64,000 nt of DNA from Acidimicrobiia bacterium. GTDB taxonomy: Bacteria; Actinomycetota; Acidimicrobiia; Spongiisociales; ZC4RG35. Below, piece after piece: positions 34,549 to 44,710 of the stretch (the stretch's first letter is position 1; the number at the start of each line of letters is the position of its first letter). Location of the stretch: positions 33,008-97,007 of the forward strand of contig DATBKE010000125.1 in NCBI GenBank assembly GCA_036556085.1. The letters run 5' to 3'. The position numbers and the translations under genes are program-made. The notes under the pieces were generated by a model, which saw only the letters and a list, made by a program, of their open reading frames with translations, was not told the origin of the DNA and did no database searches.

Positions 34549-36291
34549 GTGTCCGCCCGGGTGGCGAAGACCCGCTGGAGCGAGGGACGAATCCGCCTGG
34601 GACTGCTGGGGCTGTGCCTGGCGGTGGCCTGGCTCGGAATGGGTATCCGCCTCTACCAAGTCCAGGTCCTCAATGCCTCCCAACTCGCCGAAGCCGGTGT
34701 GGGGCAACGGCAGACGGAAGAAGTGCTGCTTCCGCAAAGGGGCAATATCTTCGATCGCAACGGCGACCCGATGGCAATGACGGTCGATTCCCGAAGCATC
34801 TATCTGCGCCCCGCCGAGATCACCGAACCGCTGTACGTCGCCCAGCAAGTCGGGGGATTGCTGGGGGTACCCGCTGAGGGCTTGCTCGAATCGATCGGCT
34901 CGGGCGAGCAGTTCGTATATGTAAAGCGACAGGTCGAGTTGAACCAGGCCGAAGAGGTGCTCTCCCTCAACCTGGCCGGGGTGCATGCTCACGAAGAGCC
35001 GAAGCGGGTATATCCAACCGGCTCGGTGGCATCGCACGTCTTGGGCTTCGTCAACATCGACGGGGTCGGTAGCGAGGGGATCGAGTACGAGTTCGAGTCC
35101 GACCTGCGCGGCACCCCCGGTGTCTTCAGCTTCGAATCCGCCCCTGGAGGAGTCCCGATTCCCTGGGCGCCCTCCCACGCCACCCCGGCGGTGCCTGGCG
35201 AGGACCTGGTGTCGACGGTGGATTTGCCCGTCCAGTACTCGGCGGAGGCGGCTTGCGCAGAGACACTCCAGGTGACAGGCGGGACCGGCTGCTGGATCGT
35301 GGCGATGGAGGTTGAGACCGGTGCGGTTCTCGCCATCGCCGGGGCCCCAGCATTTGACCCGGCCAGCCGCATATCCACCGACGGCACCGGTTTTTCGAAC
35401 TTCGCCGTTCGGGGGATGTACGAGCCGGGATCGACGATGAAGCTCATCAGCGTCGCCGGAGCCATCGAGGATGGCGTGGTGGGCCCGACCACGGTTATCG
35501 GAGCGGTAGCCGATCGGATCGAGCTTCGGCCCGGAGCATGCAAAAGCGACACCGACGAGGTCTTTGGCTGTTATTCGGATTTCGAACGTCACGAGACCCA
35601 CGACATGGCGGTAGCCGACGTTTTCCGACAATCGTCGAATGTGGGCACGATCAAGATCGCCCAAATGATGAGTCGCGACCAGCTGTTCTTCTATCTGAAA
35701 GCCTTCGGGCTGGGTGAAATCACCGGTCTCGACTATCCCGGGGAAGCGAAAGGTCTCATCAACCTCGATGAGAGTTGTCAGACCTGCCCGGCCTCATCCG
35801 CCATCGGTTACGGGGTGGCCGTCACCGCGGTGCAGATGGCGGCTGCCTACGGGGCAGTGGGAAACGACGGGGTCTGGCTGCAACCGCATCTCCTCAGCAC
35901 GACCCACGGCCGAGACGGGCGCACCGCCACCACCCCGGTGGCCAGCCATCGAGCAGTAAGCGTCGAAACCGCGGCGGTGATGAGGAGCCTGCTCTCGGAG
36001 GTGGTCGAAGCCGGCACCGGAATCTCGGCTCAGGTACCGGGTTACCTGGTGGGGGGAAAGACCGGAACGGCCAACAAGCTCGGCGAGGACGGCCGCTACA
36101 CGGACATAACCATGGCCAGCTTCGTCGGGCTCGCTCCCATCGACGACCCCAAGGTCGTAGTGGCAGTGGTGGTCGACAGTCCGGTCTGGGAGTACCGCAC
36201 CGGGGGCCTGGCGGCGGCGCCTGCTTTCTCCACTGTCATGGAGCAGGCCCTACACCGGTTGGGAGTCACACCAGATGCCGCCTCCGGGTAG
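34549..36291 (+). CDS. ftsI: peptidoglycan D,D-transpeptidase (class B PBP, FtsI-like)
   Basis: GTG start. N-terminal TM and dimerisation domain. STMK, SSN and KTGT active-site triad. Confidence 0.9.
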   Translation: MSARVAKTRWSEGRIRLGLLGLCLAVAWLGMGIRLYQVQVLNASQLAEAGVGQRQTEEVLLPQRGNIFDRNGDPMAMTVDSRSIYLRPAEITEPLYVAQQVGGLLGVPAEGLLESIGSGEQFVYVKRQVELNQAEEVLSLNLAGVHAHEEPKRVYPTGSVASHVLGFVNIDGVGSEGIEYEFESDLRGTPGVFSFESAPGGVPIPWAPSHATPAVPGEDLVSTVDLPVQYSAEAACAETLQVTGGTGCWIVAMEVETGAVLAIAGAPAFDPASRISTDGTGFSNFAVRGMYEPGSTMKLISVAGAIEDGVVGPTTVIGAVADRIELRPGACKSDTDEVFGCYSDFERHETHDMAVADVFRQSSNVGTIKIAQMMSRDQLFFYLKAFGLGEITGLDYPGEAKGLINLDESCQTCPASSAIGYGVAVTAVQMAAAYGAVGNDGVWLQPHLLSTTHGRDGRTATTPVASHRAVSVETAAVMRSLLSEVVEAGTGISAQVPGYLVGGKTGTANKLGEDGRYTDITMASFVGLAPIDDPKVVVAVVVDSPVWEYRTGGLAAAPAFSTVMEQALHRLGVTPDAASG

Positions 36292-37738
36292 CGCTCCGGC
36301 CACGATGGGCACTCTGGCCACGATGGTGGCAGGGCGCCTGCGCGGGGGGGCGGACGTGGCAGTAGTGGATGCCTCGGCGGACAGTCGCCAAATCGGACCG
36401 GGCTGGCTTTTTGTCGCCGTTCCCGGGACAACTTTCGACGGGCACGACTTCGTGGCGGCCGCAGCGGGAAACGGCGCCGCCGGGTTATGCGTCTCGCGGG
36501 GCGTGGAGTCCCGGCTGCCAACTATCGAAGTCCCCAACACTCGGGCGGTGATGGCGAAACTGGCCGCTTCCATCCACCGTTTCCCGTCCCGGATGGCTTC
36601 GGTGGTCGGCGTTACCGGGACCAACGGCAAGACCACTGTGACCTTCCTGCTCGAATCGATCGCCCGCTATGCCGGTCGGCCGTGCGGGTTGGTGGGGACT
36701 GTTGTCACCCGTTTGGGTGACATCTACCTCGAGAACCCGCACACCACGCCCGAGGCCACAGATCTCCAGCGCCTGTTTCGGCGGATGGTCGATGGCGGCG
36801 CCGAGATCATCGCCTGCGAGGTCTCGAGTCATGCCCTGGCGCTCGGGAGGGTGGAGGAGACCACCTTCTCTGTCGGCGCCTTCACGAATCTCTCTCAGGA
36901 CCATCTCGACTTCCACGGCGGAATGGAGGAGTACTTCGCCGCCAAAGCGGACCTGATGAGAATGGCCGAGCGCAAGGTGATCTGGGTCGAGGATCCCTAT
37001 GGCCGGCGGCTGGCCGACGAGCACCCCGACGCCCTCCGGGTTGGCTGGCAGCACGACGTATGTGCCCGCGACATCGTTGCCGACCGGAGCGGCACAACTT
37101 TTGAGCTGGTGGTACCCGGCGGTAACGCTCCCACCCGGCTGCGGCTACCGGGGCGGTTCAATCTGGCCAACGCCCTCATCGCCGCTGGCTGCGCGCATCT
37201 GTTGGGATTCGACGCCGGTCAAATCGCCGGGGGGCTGGGGGCTCTGAGCTCAGTCTCCGGCCGCTTCGAAGTGGTTGCCGATGAGCCGGTGACGGTGGTA
37301 GTCGACTACGCCCACACCCCGGAGGGGATCGAGACCGTCATCGAGACTGCCCGCACTCTGTCCAACGGACGGGTAATTGTCGTCTTCGGGGCGGGGGGCG
37401 ATCGCGATCGTGGCAAGCGCCCCCGCATGGGGAAAGCTGCCTCTGCCGCCGATCTCGTAATCGTGACCACCGACAACCCCCGCAGCGAGGATCCGCAGAC
37501 GATCGCGGCCGAGGTACTGGCGGGCGCCGACCATCCGGCGGCGATGTCGATTATCGATCGGCGCGAGGCCATTGCCACCGCTCTCGACTCGGCCCGACCC
37601 GGCGACATCGTTTTGATACTGGGAAAGGGGCACGAGTCCACGCAGGAAATTGGTGGCGTCTTCCGACCTTTCTCCGATCAGAAGATCGTCCACTCCTGGC
37701 TGACGGGCCGGTCCGGGGGAAGGGCGGTCGGAGCGTGA
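36275..37738 (+). CDS. murE: UDP-N-acetylmuramoyl-L-alanyl-D-glutamate--2,6-diaminopimelate ligase
   Basis: GVTGTNGKTT P-loop and the DAP-specific DNPR motif (TTDNPRSED). Confidence 0.9.
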   Translation: MPPPGSAPATMGTLATMVAGRLRGGADVAVVDASADSRQIGPGWLFVAVPGTTFDGHDFVAAAAGNGAAGLCVSRGVESRLPTIEVPNTRAVMAKLAASIHRFPSRMASVVGVTGTNGKTTVTFLLESIARYAGRPCGLVGTVVTRLGDIYLENPHTTPEATDLQRLFRRMVDGGAEIIACEVSSHALALGRVEETTFSVGAFTNLSQDHLDFHGGMEEYFAAKADLMRMAERKVIWVEDPYGRRLADEHPDALRVGWQHDVCARDIVADRSGTTFELVVPGGNAPTRLRLPGRFNLANALIAAGCAHLLGFDAGQIAGGLGALSSVSGRFEVVADEPVTVVVDYAHTPEGIETVIETARTLSNGRVIVVFGAGGDRDRGKRPRMGKAASAADLVIVTTDNPRSEDPQTIAAEVLAGADHPAAMSIIDRREAIATALDSARPGDIVLILGKGHESTQEIGGVFRPFSDQKIVHSWLTGRSGGRAVGA

Positions 37739-38802
37739 TCAGTCTCTTGATCGCCGCCGCAGTCAGTCTCGCGGTCTCCATTTTTGGCACACCAATCGCC
37801 ATCCGCCTGCTCCGCGAGCGTTCGATCGGCCAGTTCATCCAGGAGGAGATAACTGGCCATGCTCACAAGCACGGCACCCCGACAATGGGCGGACTGGTCT
37901 TTGTCGGCGCTGCCCTCGTCGGCTACCTCGCCTCCCATCTCCGGCTATGGACCTTCGCCGATGGGTTCACGTTTCAGGTGAATTCGTTCGCCGCCGGCGG
38001 TCTCTTGGCGGTCCTCGCCATGGTGGGGATGGGAGCGGTTGGCTTCCTCGACGACTTCATCAAGTTCGTCCGCAAGCACAGCGAGGGACTCAACAAGCGA
38101 CACAAGTTCGGTCTGCAGCTAGTGATTGCCATCATCTTCGCCCTGGCGGCCATGCAGAGCGGGCCCAGCGAGGGAATCAGCACCGAGATCTCCTTCGTCC
38201 GCCCGTTGGGATTGAATCTCGGGATCTTCTTCGTGCTGTGGGCGCTGTTTATGCTGACCGGGGCCGCCAACGGGGTGAACCTCGCCGACGGAATGGATGG
38301 CCTGGCGGGTGGTAGCGCGGCGCTCGTGACCGGGGCCTACACCATCATCGCCTTCTGGCAATTCCGTAACCCCACCGAGTATCAGGCGCTCGATCCTCTC
38401 GAACTGGCGATCGTCGCCGCCGCCATGTTCGGGGCCTTGCTCGGCTTTCTCTGGTGGAACGCCCCTCCCGCCCAGATCTTCATGGGCGACGTCGGGTCCC
38501 AGGCAATCGGGGGGCTGCTGGCGGCTCTGGCCTTGCTCTCCAACACCCATCTTCTGCTGGTGGTCCTGGGTGCGATCTATGTGGCCGAGACCCTCTCGGT
38601 AATCATCCAGGTGGCGAGCTTCCGATCGATTGGCAAGCGGGTTTTCCGGATGACGCCGATTCACTTCCACTTCGACCTCGGCGGTTGGCCCGAGACCACC
38701 ACGGTGATCAGGTTCTGGATCCTCACCGCTATGGGAGTCGCACTCGGCCTCGGACTTTTCTACGCCGACTTCCTCGTGATGACAGATGGGGTCCTCGGTT
38801 GA
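37735..38802 (+). CDS. mraY: phospho-N-acetylmuramoyl-pentapeptide-transferase
   Basis: 10-TM profile with PTMGG and NLADGMDGLAGG motifs. Follows murE directly; there is no murF. Confidence 0.9.
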   Translation: MISLLIAAAVSLAVSIFGTPIAIRLLRERSIGQFIQEEITGHAHKHGTPTMGGLVFVGAALVGYLASHLRLWTFADGFTFQVNSFAAGGLLAVLAMVGMGAVGFLDDFIKFVRKHSEGLNKRHKFGLQLVIAIIFALAAMQSGPSEGISTEISFVRPLGLNLGIFFVLWALFMLTGAANGVNLADGMDGLAGGSAALVTGAYTIIAFWQFRNPTEYQALDPLELAIVAAAMFGALLGFLWWNAPPAQIFMGDVGSQAIGGLLAALALLSNTHLLLVVLGAIYVAETLSVIIQVASFRSIGKRVFRMTPIHFHFDLGGWPETTTVIRFWILTAMGVALGLGLFYADFLVMTDGVLG

Positions 38803-38804
38803 GG

Positions 38805-40103
38805 ATGCTCGTGCTCGGCGCCGCCGTCTCCGGTGCGGCTGCGGCTCGCCTCGCCAAGCGCAAGGGATATGCAGTCACCGTTTACGACCAGAGGCCCGGT
38901 GTCGGGGGCAGTCTTCTGGGCGAGGGCATCGGCATCGTCAGTGGTCGTTGGGACCCTGACCTTCTGGCCGGAATCGAACTGGTGGTGGCGAGCCCGGGGG
39001 TGCCGTTGCGGGCGCCGCCGATCACCGATGCCCGCGAGGCCGGGGTTCCGGTGTGGAGCGAGATCGAATTCGCCTGGCGTCAACTCGACATCCCGGTGAT
39101 GGCGGTCACCGGTACCAACGGCAAGACCACAGTCACCGAAGCCGCCACCGCCATGCTCGCCTCCTCCGGTTTGGCGGTGGCGGCGGTGGGCAACATCGGC
39201 ACCGCACTCTCCTCGGTGGTCGATGAGCCCTACGACCTGCTCGTAGCTGAGGTCTCGAGCTTTCAGCTCGAGTTGACCGAAAAGTTCCATCCCCAGACGG
39301 CGGTCCTCACCAACGTCGCCCCCGACCATCTCGACTGGCACCCGAGCTACGCCGCCTATGCCGCCGCCAAAGCCAAGGTCTTTGCGAATCAGGACCGAGA
39401 GGACCTGTTGGTCTTCGACTCCGACGATGACGGGGCGCGGGAGGTCGCGGCCGGAGCCTCGAGCCGGAAGCACCCGGTGTCGGGGTGGCGGCGCCCGGAG
39501 GGAGGTAGCGGTCCCGAAGGCGAGTGGTTGCACTTGCCCGGCACCGAAGTCGAGCTCTCAAGTCTTCCTTCCACCGACCCCATCATCCTCGTCGACCTCG
39601 CTGTCGCCGGAGTGGCGGCCCTCGACCGGGGGGCGAATCCGGAGGCGGTGGTCGAGGTCTGCCGGCGGTTTCGGCCCGGCGCCAATCGCCGCCAGTTGGT
39701 CGGGGAGGTCGATCGCATCGCCTTCGTCAACGACTCCAAGGCGACCAATCCTCATGCCGCCCTGGCCAGCATCCGCTCCTTTCCCAGCGTCGTGCTCATT
39801 GCCGGAGGGCTGGCGAAGGGCCTCGACGTTTCTCCCTTGGCGACGGCGGAGAACGTACGAATGGTGGTTGCCATCGGAGAAGCGGCGCCCATGCTGCTTC
39901 GGGCCGCCCCCGAAGGCCGGGCGACGACCGCCGCCAGCATGGTGGAAGCCGTGGAGACGGCGTTCGCCGGAGCCCGCCCGGGCGACACGATTCTTCTGGC
40001 TCCGGGCTGCGCCAGCTTCGACATGTTCGACAACTATGCCGATCGGGGCGCTGCCTTTATCGCCGCCGTCCACAAGGTCCTCGAGAGGGAGATGAGCCGA
40101 TGA
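38805..40103 (+). CDS. murD: UDP-N-acetylmuramoylalanine--D-glutamate ligase
   Basis: GTNGKTTVT and the DSKATN region. The long frame from 38454 is an artefact. Confidence 0.9.
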   Translation: MLVLGAAVSGAAAARLAKRKGYAVTVYDQRPGVGGSLLGEGIGIVSGRWDPDLLAGIELVVASPGVPLRAPPITDAREAGVPVWSEIEFAWRQLDIPVMAVTGTNGKTTVTEAATAMLASSGLAVAAVGNIGTALSSVVDEPYDLLVAEVSSFQLELTEKFHPQTAVLTNVAPDHLDWHPSYAAYAAAKAKVFANQDREDLLVFDSDDDGAREVAAGASSRKHPVSGWRRPEGGSGPEGEWLHLPGTEVELSSLPSTDPIILVDLAVAGVAALDRGANPEAVVEVCRRFRPGANRRQLVGEVDRIAFVNDSKATNPHAALASIRSFPSVVLIAGGLAKGLDVSPLATAENVRMVVAIGEAAPMLLRAAPEGRATTAASMVEAVETAFAGARPGDTILLAPGCASFDMFDNYADRGAAFIAAVHKVLEREMSR

Positions 40104-41266
40104 CCGCCAAGGTGACTTCGATCGCCCGGGTCCGAAACGCGGCCCGCAAACGTGACGAGACGGCCACGGTCAACGGCCGTCTGATTGTGGTTCTCGCCTC
40201 GGTCGTGTTGGTGTTACTCGTGATCGGCCTTGGAGAGCTCATGTCGGCTTCATCGATTCGGGGCATCGCCGACGCCTCGGATCGATTCTTCTATCTCAAG
40301 CGCCAGCTGGTCGGACTCGGCATCGGGCTGGTGGCGCTGCTCGTCGTGGTTCGAATTCCGTACCAGGCGTACCGCCGCATCGCCTATCCGATCTTCTTCA
40401 TCAGCCTGGCCGGGCTGCTGGCCGTTTTCATCACCGGCGTCTCCCGCAACGGCTCCCGGCGCTGGCTCGACCTGGGCATTGTCACCTTTCAGCCCTCCGA
40501 GATCTCAAAGCTGGCGGTGATCATCGCTCTCGCCACCATCTTCGAGAAGAAGGGCAGCCTGCTAATCGATCGCGGGCACTTCTTTGCCCCCATCGGATTG
40601 ATCGTCGGGTCGACTGCGCTTTTGATCATGTTGCAACCCGACCTGGGGACCACCTTGGTGATGGCGGCGGCGGCGATGTCGGTGATCCTCGTCTCCCGGG
40701 CGCCGCTTCGATACGTCGCCGTTCTGGGGGCGTCCTCGCTGGCGGCCGCGTTGATCCTGGCCGTGAGCGAGAGCTATCGCGCCGACCGCATCACCTCGTT
40801 CCTCGACCCCTGGGCCGACCCCAACGGGACCGGATACCAGGTCATCCAGGGGTTCTACGCCCTCGGCACGGGGGGGCTGTTCGGGGTCGGCCTCGGGGCG
40901 AGCCGTTCTCGGTGGGCGATTCTTCCCAACGCCCATACCGACTTCATATTCGCCATCATCGGAGAGGAGACCGGGCTCGTCGGCGCTCTCGGAGTCATTG
41001 CGTTATGTCTCTTCATTGCCCTGTGCGGGTGGTCGATCGCCGCTCGGGCGCCCGACCGGTTCGGACGGATGCTGGCGGCAGGCATCTGTGGGTGGCTTTC
41101 CTTTCAGGCACTGGCCAACATCGGCGGCGTCCTCGGCGTGCTCCCCATCACGGGCATCGTTCTCCCCTTTGTCAGCTACGGGGCCACTGCTCTCATCACC
41201 TCGCTGGCCGCGGTCGGGATCCTGATCAATATCGCCCGGCAAGGCCGTGTCAGCCCGAGTCGTTAG
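40100..41266 (+). CDS. ftsW: peptidoglycan glycosyltransferase FtsW (SEDS)
   Basis: ATGA overlap with murD. 10-TM SEDS profile with PEXXTDFIF-like NAHTDFIFAIIGEE. Confidence 0.9.
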   Translation: MTAKVTSIARVRNAARKRDETATVNGRLIVVLASVVLVLLVIGLGELMSASSIRGIADASDRFFYLKRQLVGLGIGLVALLVVVRIPYQAYRRIAYPIFFISLAGLLAVFITGVSRNGSRRWLDLGIVTFQPSEISKLAVIIALATIFEKKGSLLIDRGHFFAPIGLIVGSTALLIMLQPDLGTTLVMAAAAMSVILVSRAPLRYVAVLGASSLAAALILAVSESYRADRITSFLDPWADPNGTGYQVIQGFYALGTGGLFGVGLGASRSRWAILPNAHTDFIFAIIGEETGLVGALGVIALCLFIALCGWSIAARAPDRFGRMLAAGICGWLSFQALANIGGVLGVLPITGIVLPFVSYGATALITSLAAVGILINIARQGRVSPSR

Positions 41267-41274
41267 ACCGAGCC

Positions 41275-42351
41275 ATGTCCTATCTCATCGCGGCCGCCGG
41301 TACCGGCGGGCACGTCTTTCCCGGATTGGCGGTGGGCGAGGCCCTGGTCGAACTTGGCACCGATCGCGATCAGGTGCTCTTTGTCGGCGGCGACCGATTG
41401 GAGAAAGAGGTCTATCCGGAGGCAGGATTCCCATTCTTGGGGATCGAACTCGCCGGTCTGAAACGAGAGCTGACCGTGGAAAATCTGAAGTTGCCGCAGA
41501 CGATCTGGCGAGCGTCGGTTCGGATCGGAAGGGCCATGGCAGAGCGAGGTGTGAGCATGGCTCTGGGAATGGGCGGCTACGTCACGGTGCCAATGGCGAT
41601 GGCGGCTCGGCGCCGGGGAGTGCCATTCTTCGTCGCCGAGCAGAACGCCGCCGCCGGGCTCGCCAACCGATTCGCCGCTCGCTGGGCGATAAGGGCTTTC
41701 GGATCCTTTCCTGTCACCGAGGGTTTGCCCGGAGCCGAATGGATCGGCAATCCGATCCGAACTCCACTTCGGCTCTTCGACCGTTCCCGCTTGCGAAACG
41801 AATCCCGCCGGCATTTCCAGGTCGACCAAAGCGCGGTGGTGGTCGGAGTGATTGGCGGGAGTCTGGGAGCTGGGGCTCTCAATCGAGTGGCGGCGATCCT
41901 GGCCGCCTCCTCCCCCGATTACGCGATCATCAATCTCTGTGGGACCGCCAATCTGGCGGAACAGCAGGAACTTGCAGAGGCCAGCCCGGCCAGATGGATC
42001 GTGCGGGGTTTCGAGCCGCGCATCGAGCTCTTCTATGCCGCCGTCGACGCGGTTGTGGCCCGGGCTGGGGGAGCGGTGGCCGAGCTCACTGCCACTGCCA
42101 CGCCGGCGGTCCTGATCCCGGGAGGGTTCGGGTCGGGGGGCCATCAGGAGGCCAACGCAGCTTTCCTCGCCGCAGCCGGGGCAGCAGTGCTTCTTTCGGA
42201 GGATCGAATCGAGGAAAGCCCCCGGGTGGTGGCCGAGCTGCTCTCTTCGTCATCGCTCTCCCGGATGAGCAAGGCCACTAAGACATTGGCTCGACCCAAC
42301 GCCGCCCTTGATATCGCCACCGCCATGCGAGCGGCCTTCGAGGCGTCATGA
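41275..42351 (+). CDS. murG: UDP-GlcNAc--MurNAc-(pentapeptide)-PP-undecaprenol GlcNAc transferase
   Basis: AAGTGGHVFP start; GT28 fold. Confidence 0.9.
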   Translation: MSYLIAAAGTGGHVFPGLAVGEALVELGTDRDQVLFVGGDRLEKEVYPEAGFPFLGIELAGLKRELTVENLKLPQTIWRASVRIGRAMAERGVSMALGMGGYVTVPMAMAARRRGVPFFVAEQNAAAGLANRFAARWAIRAFGSFPVTEGLPGAEWIGNPIRTPLRLFDRSRLRNESRRHFQVDQSAVVVGVIGGSLGAGALNRVAAILAASSPDYAIINLCGTANLAEQQELAEASPARWIVRGFEPRIELFYAAVDAVVARAGGAVAELTATATPAVLIPGGFGSGGHQEANAAFLAAAGAAVLLSEDRIEESPRVVAELLSSSSLSRMSKATKTLARPNAALDIATAMRAAFEAS

Positions 42352-43799
42352 TCATCGGTTCTGAGCTCGTCGGTCGGAGACGAATCCACCTCGTTGGAGC
42401 CTCTGGAGCCGGGATGAGCGCCCTGGCCAAGCTTCTCCATCAGGCCCGCCAGCAGCCGGAATCGACCTGGATCATCACCGGCTCCGATCTCAGGGCCGGA
42501 GTCGAGCTGGGCGGACTTGCGGCCCTCGGAATCGAAACCTGGTCGGGTCATCAGCCCCATCGGGTCGATGGTGCCGAACTGGTGGTTGCCTCGTCAGCGG
42601 TTCCGGAGTCCGATCCCGAGTTGGCCCGGGCACGCCAGCTGGGGATTCCCATCTGGCGCCGACCCGAGCTGCTCTCCGCCCTGACCAGGGCGGTGCCCAC
42701 CGTTGGTGCGACCGGCACACATGGCAAGACGACGACCACGGCCCTCCTCCTCCTCGGGGCCCGCGAGCTCGGTCTCGATCCCAGCTTCGTGGTCGGAGGC
42801 GACCTGATCGACCTCGCCACCAATGCCCATTACGGACAAACCCCGCTCTTCGTTCTGGAGGTCGACGAGGCCTTCGGCACCTTCGAGTCGGTCAGCCTGT
42901 CGGGTTTGATCGTTACCAGCGTCGAGCCCGAGCATCTCGACTTCTTCGGAACCGCCACGGAGATGGAGGCGGCCTTCTCGAGAGTGGCCTCCTCCGTTTC
43001 CGGCCCCGTGCTCTGCTGTGCCGACGACGAGGGATCGCTGCGCCTCAGCCGCCAGACAGGGGCGCGGACATATGGGTTCGATGAGCAAGCCGATTGGTCG
43101 ATCGCCGCGTTGCAGCTCTCGGGCGATGCGACCGAGTTCGAGTTGAAGTCGCCTGAGATGGCAGAGTCTTTTCCGGTCCGGGTCCGTCGCCCCGGTCGGC
43201 ATGTCGCCCAGAACGCGGCGGGAGTGCTGGCCCTGTTAGCAGAGCTCGGCTACGACCCCCGCCTGGCGGCGCCGGGCCTGGCCCGATTCGGAGGCGTGAA
43301 ACGACGGTTCGAGTATCGCGGAATAGTTAAAGGGGTGAAGTTCATCGATGACTACGCCCATCACCCCACCGAAGTCGTTGCCACGATTGCCGCCACCAGG
43401 CTGCAACGGCCGCGCCGGTTGTGGGCGGTGTTCCAGCCCCACCTCTACTCGCGAACCGAGGCCCTTTACAACGAGTTCGGCCAAGCGCTCACCGGGGGAG
43501 ATCGAGTGGTGGTGACCGATGTCTATGCCGCTCGCGAGCTCCCAGTGGCGGGGGTCACCGGCGAGCTCGTCGCCCAAGCGGCCCGCGACGCCGGAGCCAA
43601 TGTCCTGTATGTGCCTCACCGGGGTGAGATCGCATCCACCCTGGCGCCCCTCCTCAGCGACGGCGATCTGGTGTTGACGATGGGCGCCGGCGACATCACC
43701 CACCTTCCCAGTGAGCTAGCCGGGTACTTGATGGGGACCACCCCCCTCCCGGCTGCGCCGGCACTCTCCCCTGAGGGGGGAGAAACGGAAGCTTCATGA
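42348..43799 (+). CDS. murC: UDP-N-acetylmuramate--L-alanine ligase
   Basis: GASGAGMS, GTHGKTTTT and DYAHHP motifs. Confidence 0.9.
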   Translation: MIIGSELVGRRRIHLVGASGAGMSALAKLLHQARQQPESTWIITGSDLRAGVELGGLAALGIETWSGHQPHRVDGAELVVASSAVPESDPELARARQLGIPIWRRPELLSALTRAVPTVGATGTHGKTTTTALLLLGARELGLDPSFVVGGDLIDLATNAHYGQTPLFVLEVDEAFGTFESVSLSGLIVTSVEPEHLDFFGTATEMEAAFSRVASSVSGPVLCCADDEGSLRLSRQTGARTYGFDEQADWSIAALQLSGDATEFELKSPEMAESFPVRVRRPGRHVAQNAAGVLALLAELGYDPRLAAPGLARFGGVKRRFEYRGIVKGVKFIDDYAHHPTEVVATIAATRLQRPRRLWAVFQPHLYSRTEALYNEFGQALTGGDRVVVTDVYAARELPVAGVTGELVAQAARDAGANVLYVPHRGEIASTLAPLLSDGDLVLTMGAGDITHLPSELAGYLMGTTPLPAAPALSPEGGETEAS

Positions 43800-44707
43800 C
43801 CGATCCCTGGCGGAGGTTGATTTCGACGGGGGAGGCCCGGGCCGGGGTTGAACTCGGAGGCTTGACCACGTACAAGCTGGGGGGGCCAGCGGCCTACTTC
43901 GTCGAGGCCAACGACGTCTCGACACTGGCCGCCATTGCCGAGGCCCTGGCTTCCTCGCCCCTGCCGGTCCTGATCCTCGGAAGAGGGAGCAACCTGGTCA
44001 TCTCCGACGACGGGTTTCCCGGGGTCGTGATCAGGCTGGGGCGGCGATTCGCCGCGATCGAGATTGGAGAGGTGGTCGTCGCCGGGGGAGCGGCTGGGTT
44101 GCCCCAGGTCGCCCGCACCGCCACCGCTGCCGCTCGCCGGGGTGTCGAATTCATGATCGGGATTCCTGGCACCGTGGGCGGGGGGGTGCGTCAGAACGCC
44201 GGCTGCTTCGGAAGTGAGATGGTCGATGTCCTCGAGGCGGTCGAGCTCTTCGACCTCGGCCGTGGGGAAACAAGGAGGATGCGGGCGGGTGATCTGGCCA
44301 TGGCCTACCGGCAGACGAACGTTGCCTCCACCCAGATCATCCTCGAAGCCCGCTTTGGAACCGAAGCCGGAGATCCGGAAGAAGGGGCCGCCAAGATCCG
44401 CGAGATCACCCGGTGGCGCCGACTTCATCAGCCCGGCGGAACACTCAATGCCGGCTCGGTTTTCAAGAACCCGCCCGGGGACTCGGCCGGCCGCATCATC
44501 GACAGCCTCGGACTGAAAGGGACCGCGGTGGGGGGAGCGTCGGTTTCCGAGAAGCACGCCAACTTCTTCGTGGCAATGCCGGGCACTAAGGCCTCCGAGG
44601 TTTACCTTCTAGTGGAGAAAGTACGGGAGGCGGTGAAAGCTCAAACCGGCATCGATCTCGAACCAGAGATCTGCTTCGCCGGCCGATTCCCAGATAGGGG
44701 TGACTGA
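43796..44707 (+). CDS. murB: UDP-N-acetylenolpyruvoylglucosamine reductase
   Basis: FAD-binding GRGSNL and the GSVFKNP region. Confidence 0.9.
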   Translation: MTDPWRRLISTGEARAGVELGGLTTYKLGGPAAYFVEANDVSTLAAIAEALASSPLPVLILGRGSNLVISDDGFPGVVIRLGRRFAAIEIGEVVVAGGAAGLPQVARTATAAARRGVEFMIGIPGTVGGGVRQNAGCFGSEMVDVLEAVELFDLGRGETRRMRAGDLAMAYRQTNVASTQIILEARFGTEAGDPEEGAAKIREITRWRRLHQPGGTLNAGSVFKNPPGDSAGRIIDSLGLKGTAVGGASVSEKHANFFVAMPGTKASEVYLLVEKVREAVKAQTGIDLEPEICFAGRFPDRGD

Positions 44708-44710
44708 GCG

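Noticed and set aside
34501-35664. 387-aa minus-strand ORF
   Set aside because: Antisense to ftsI (PBP).
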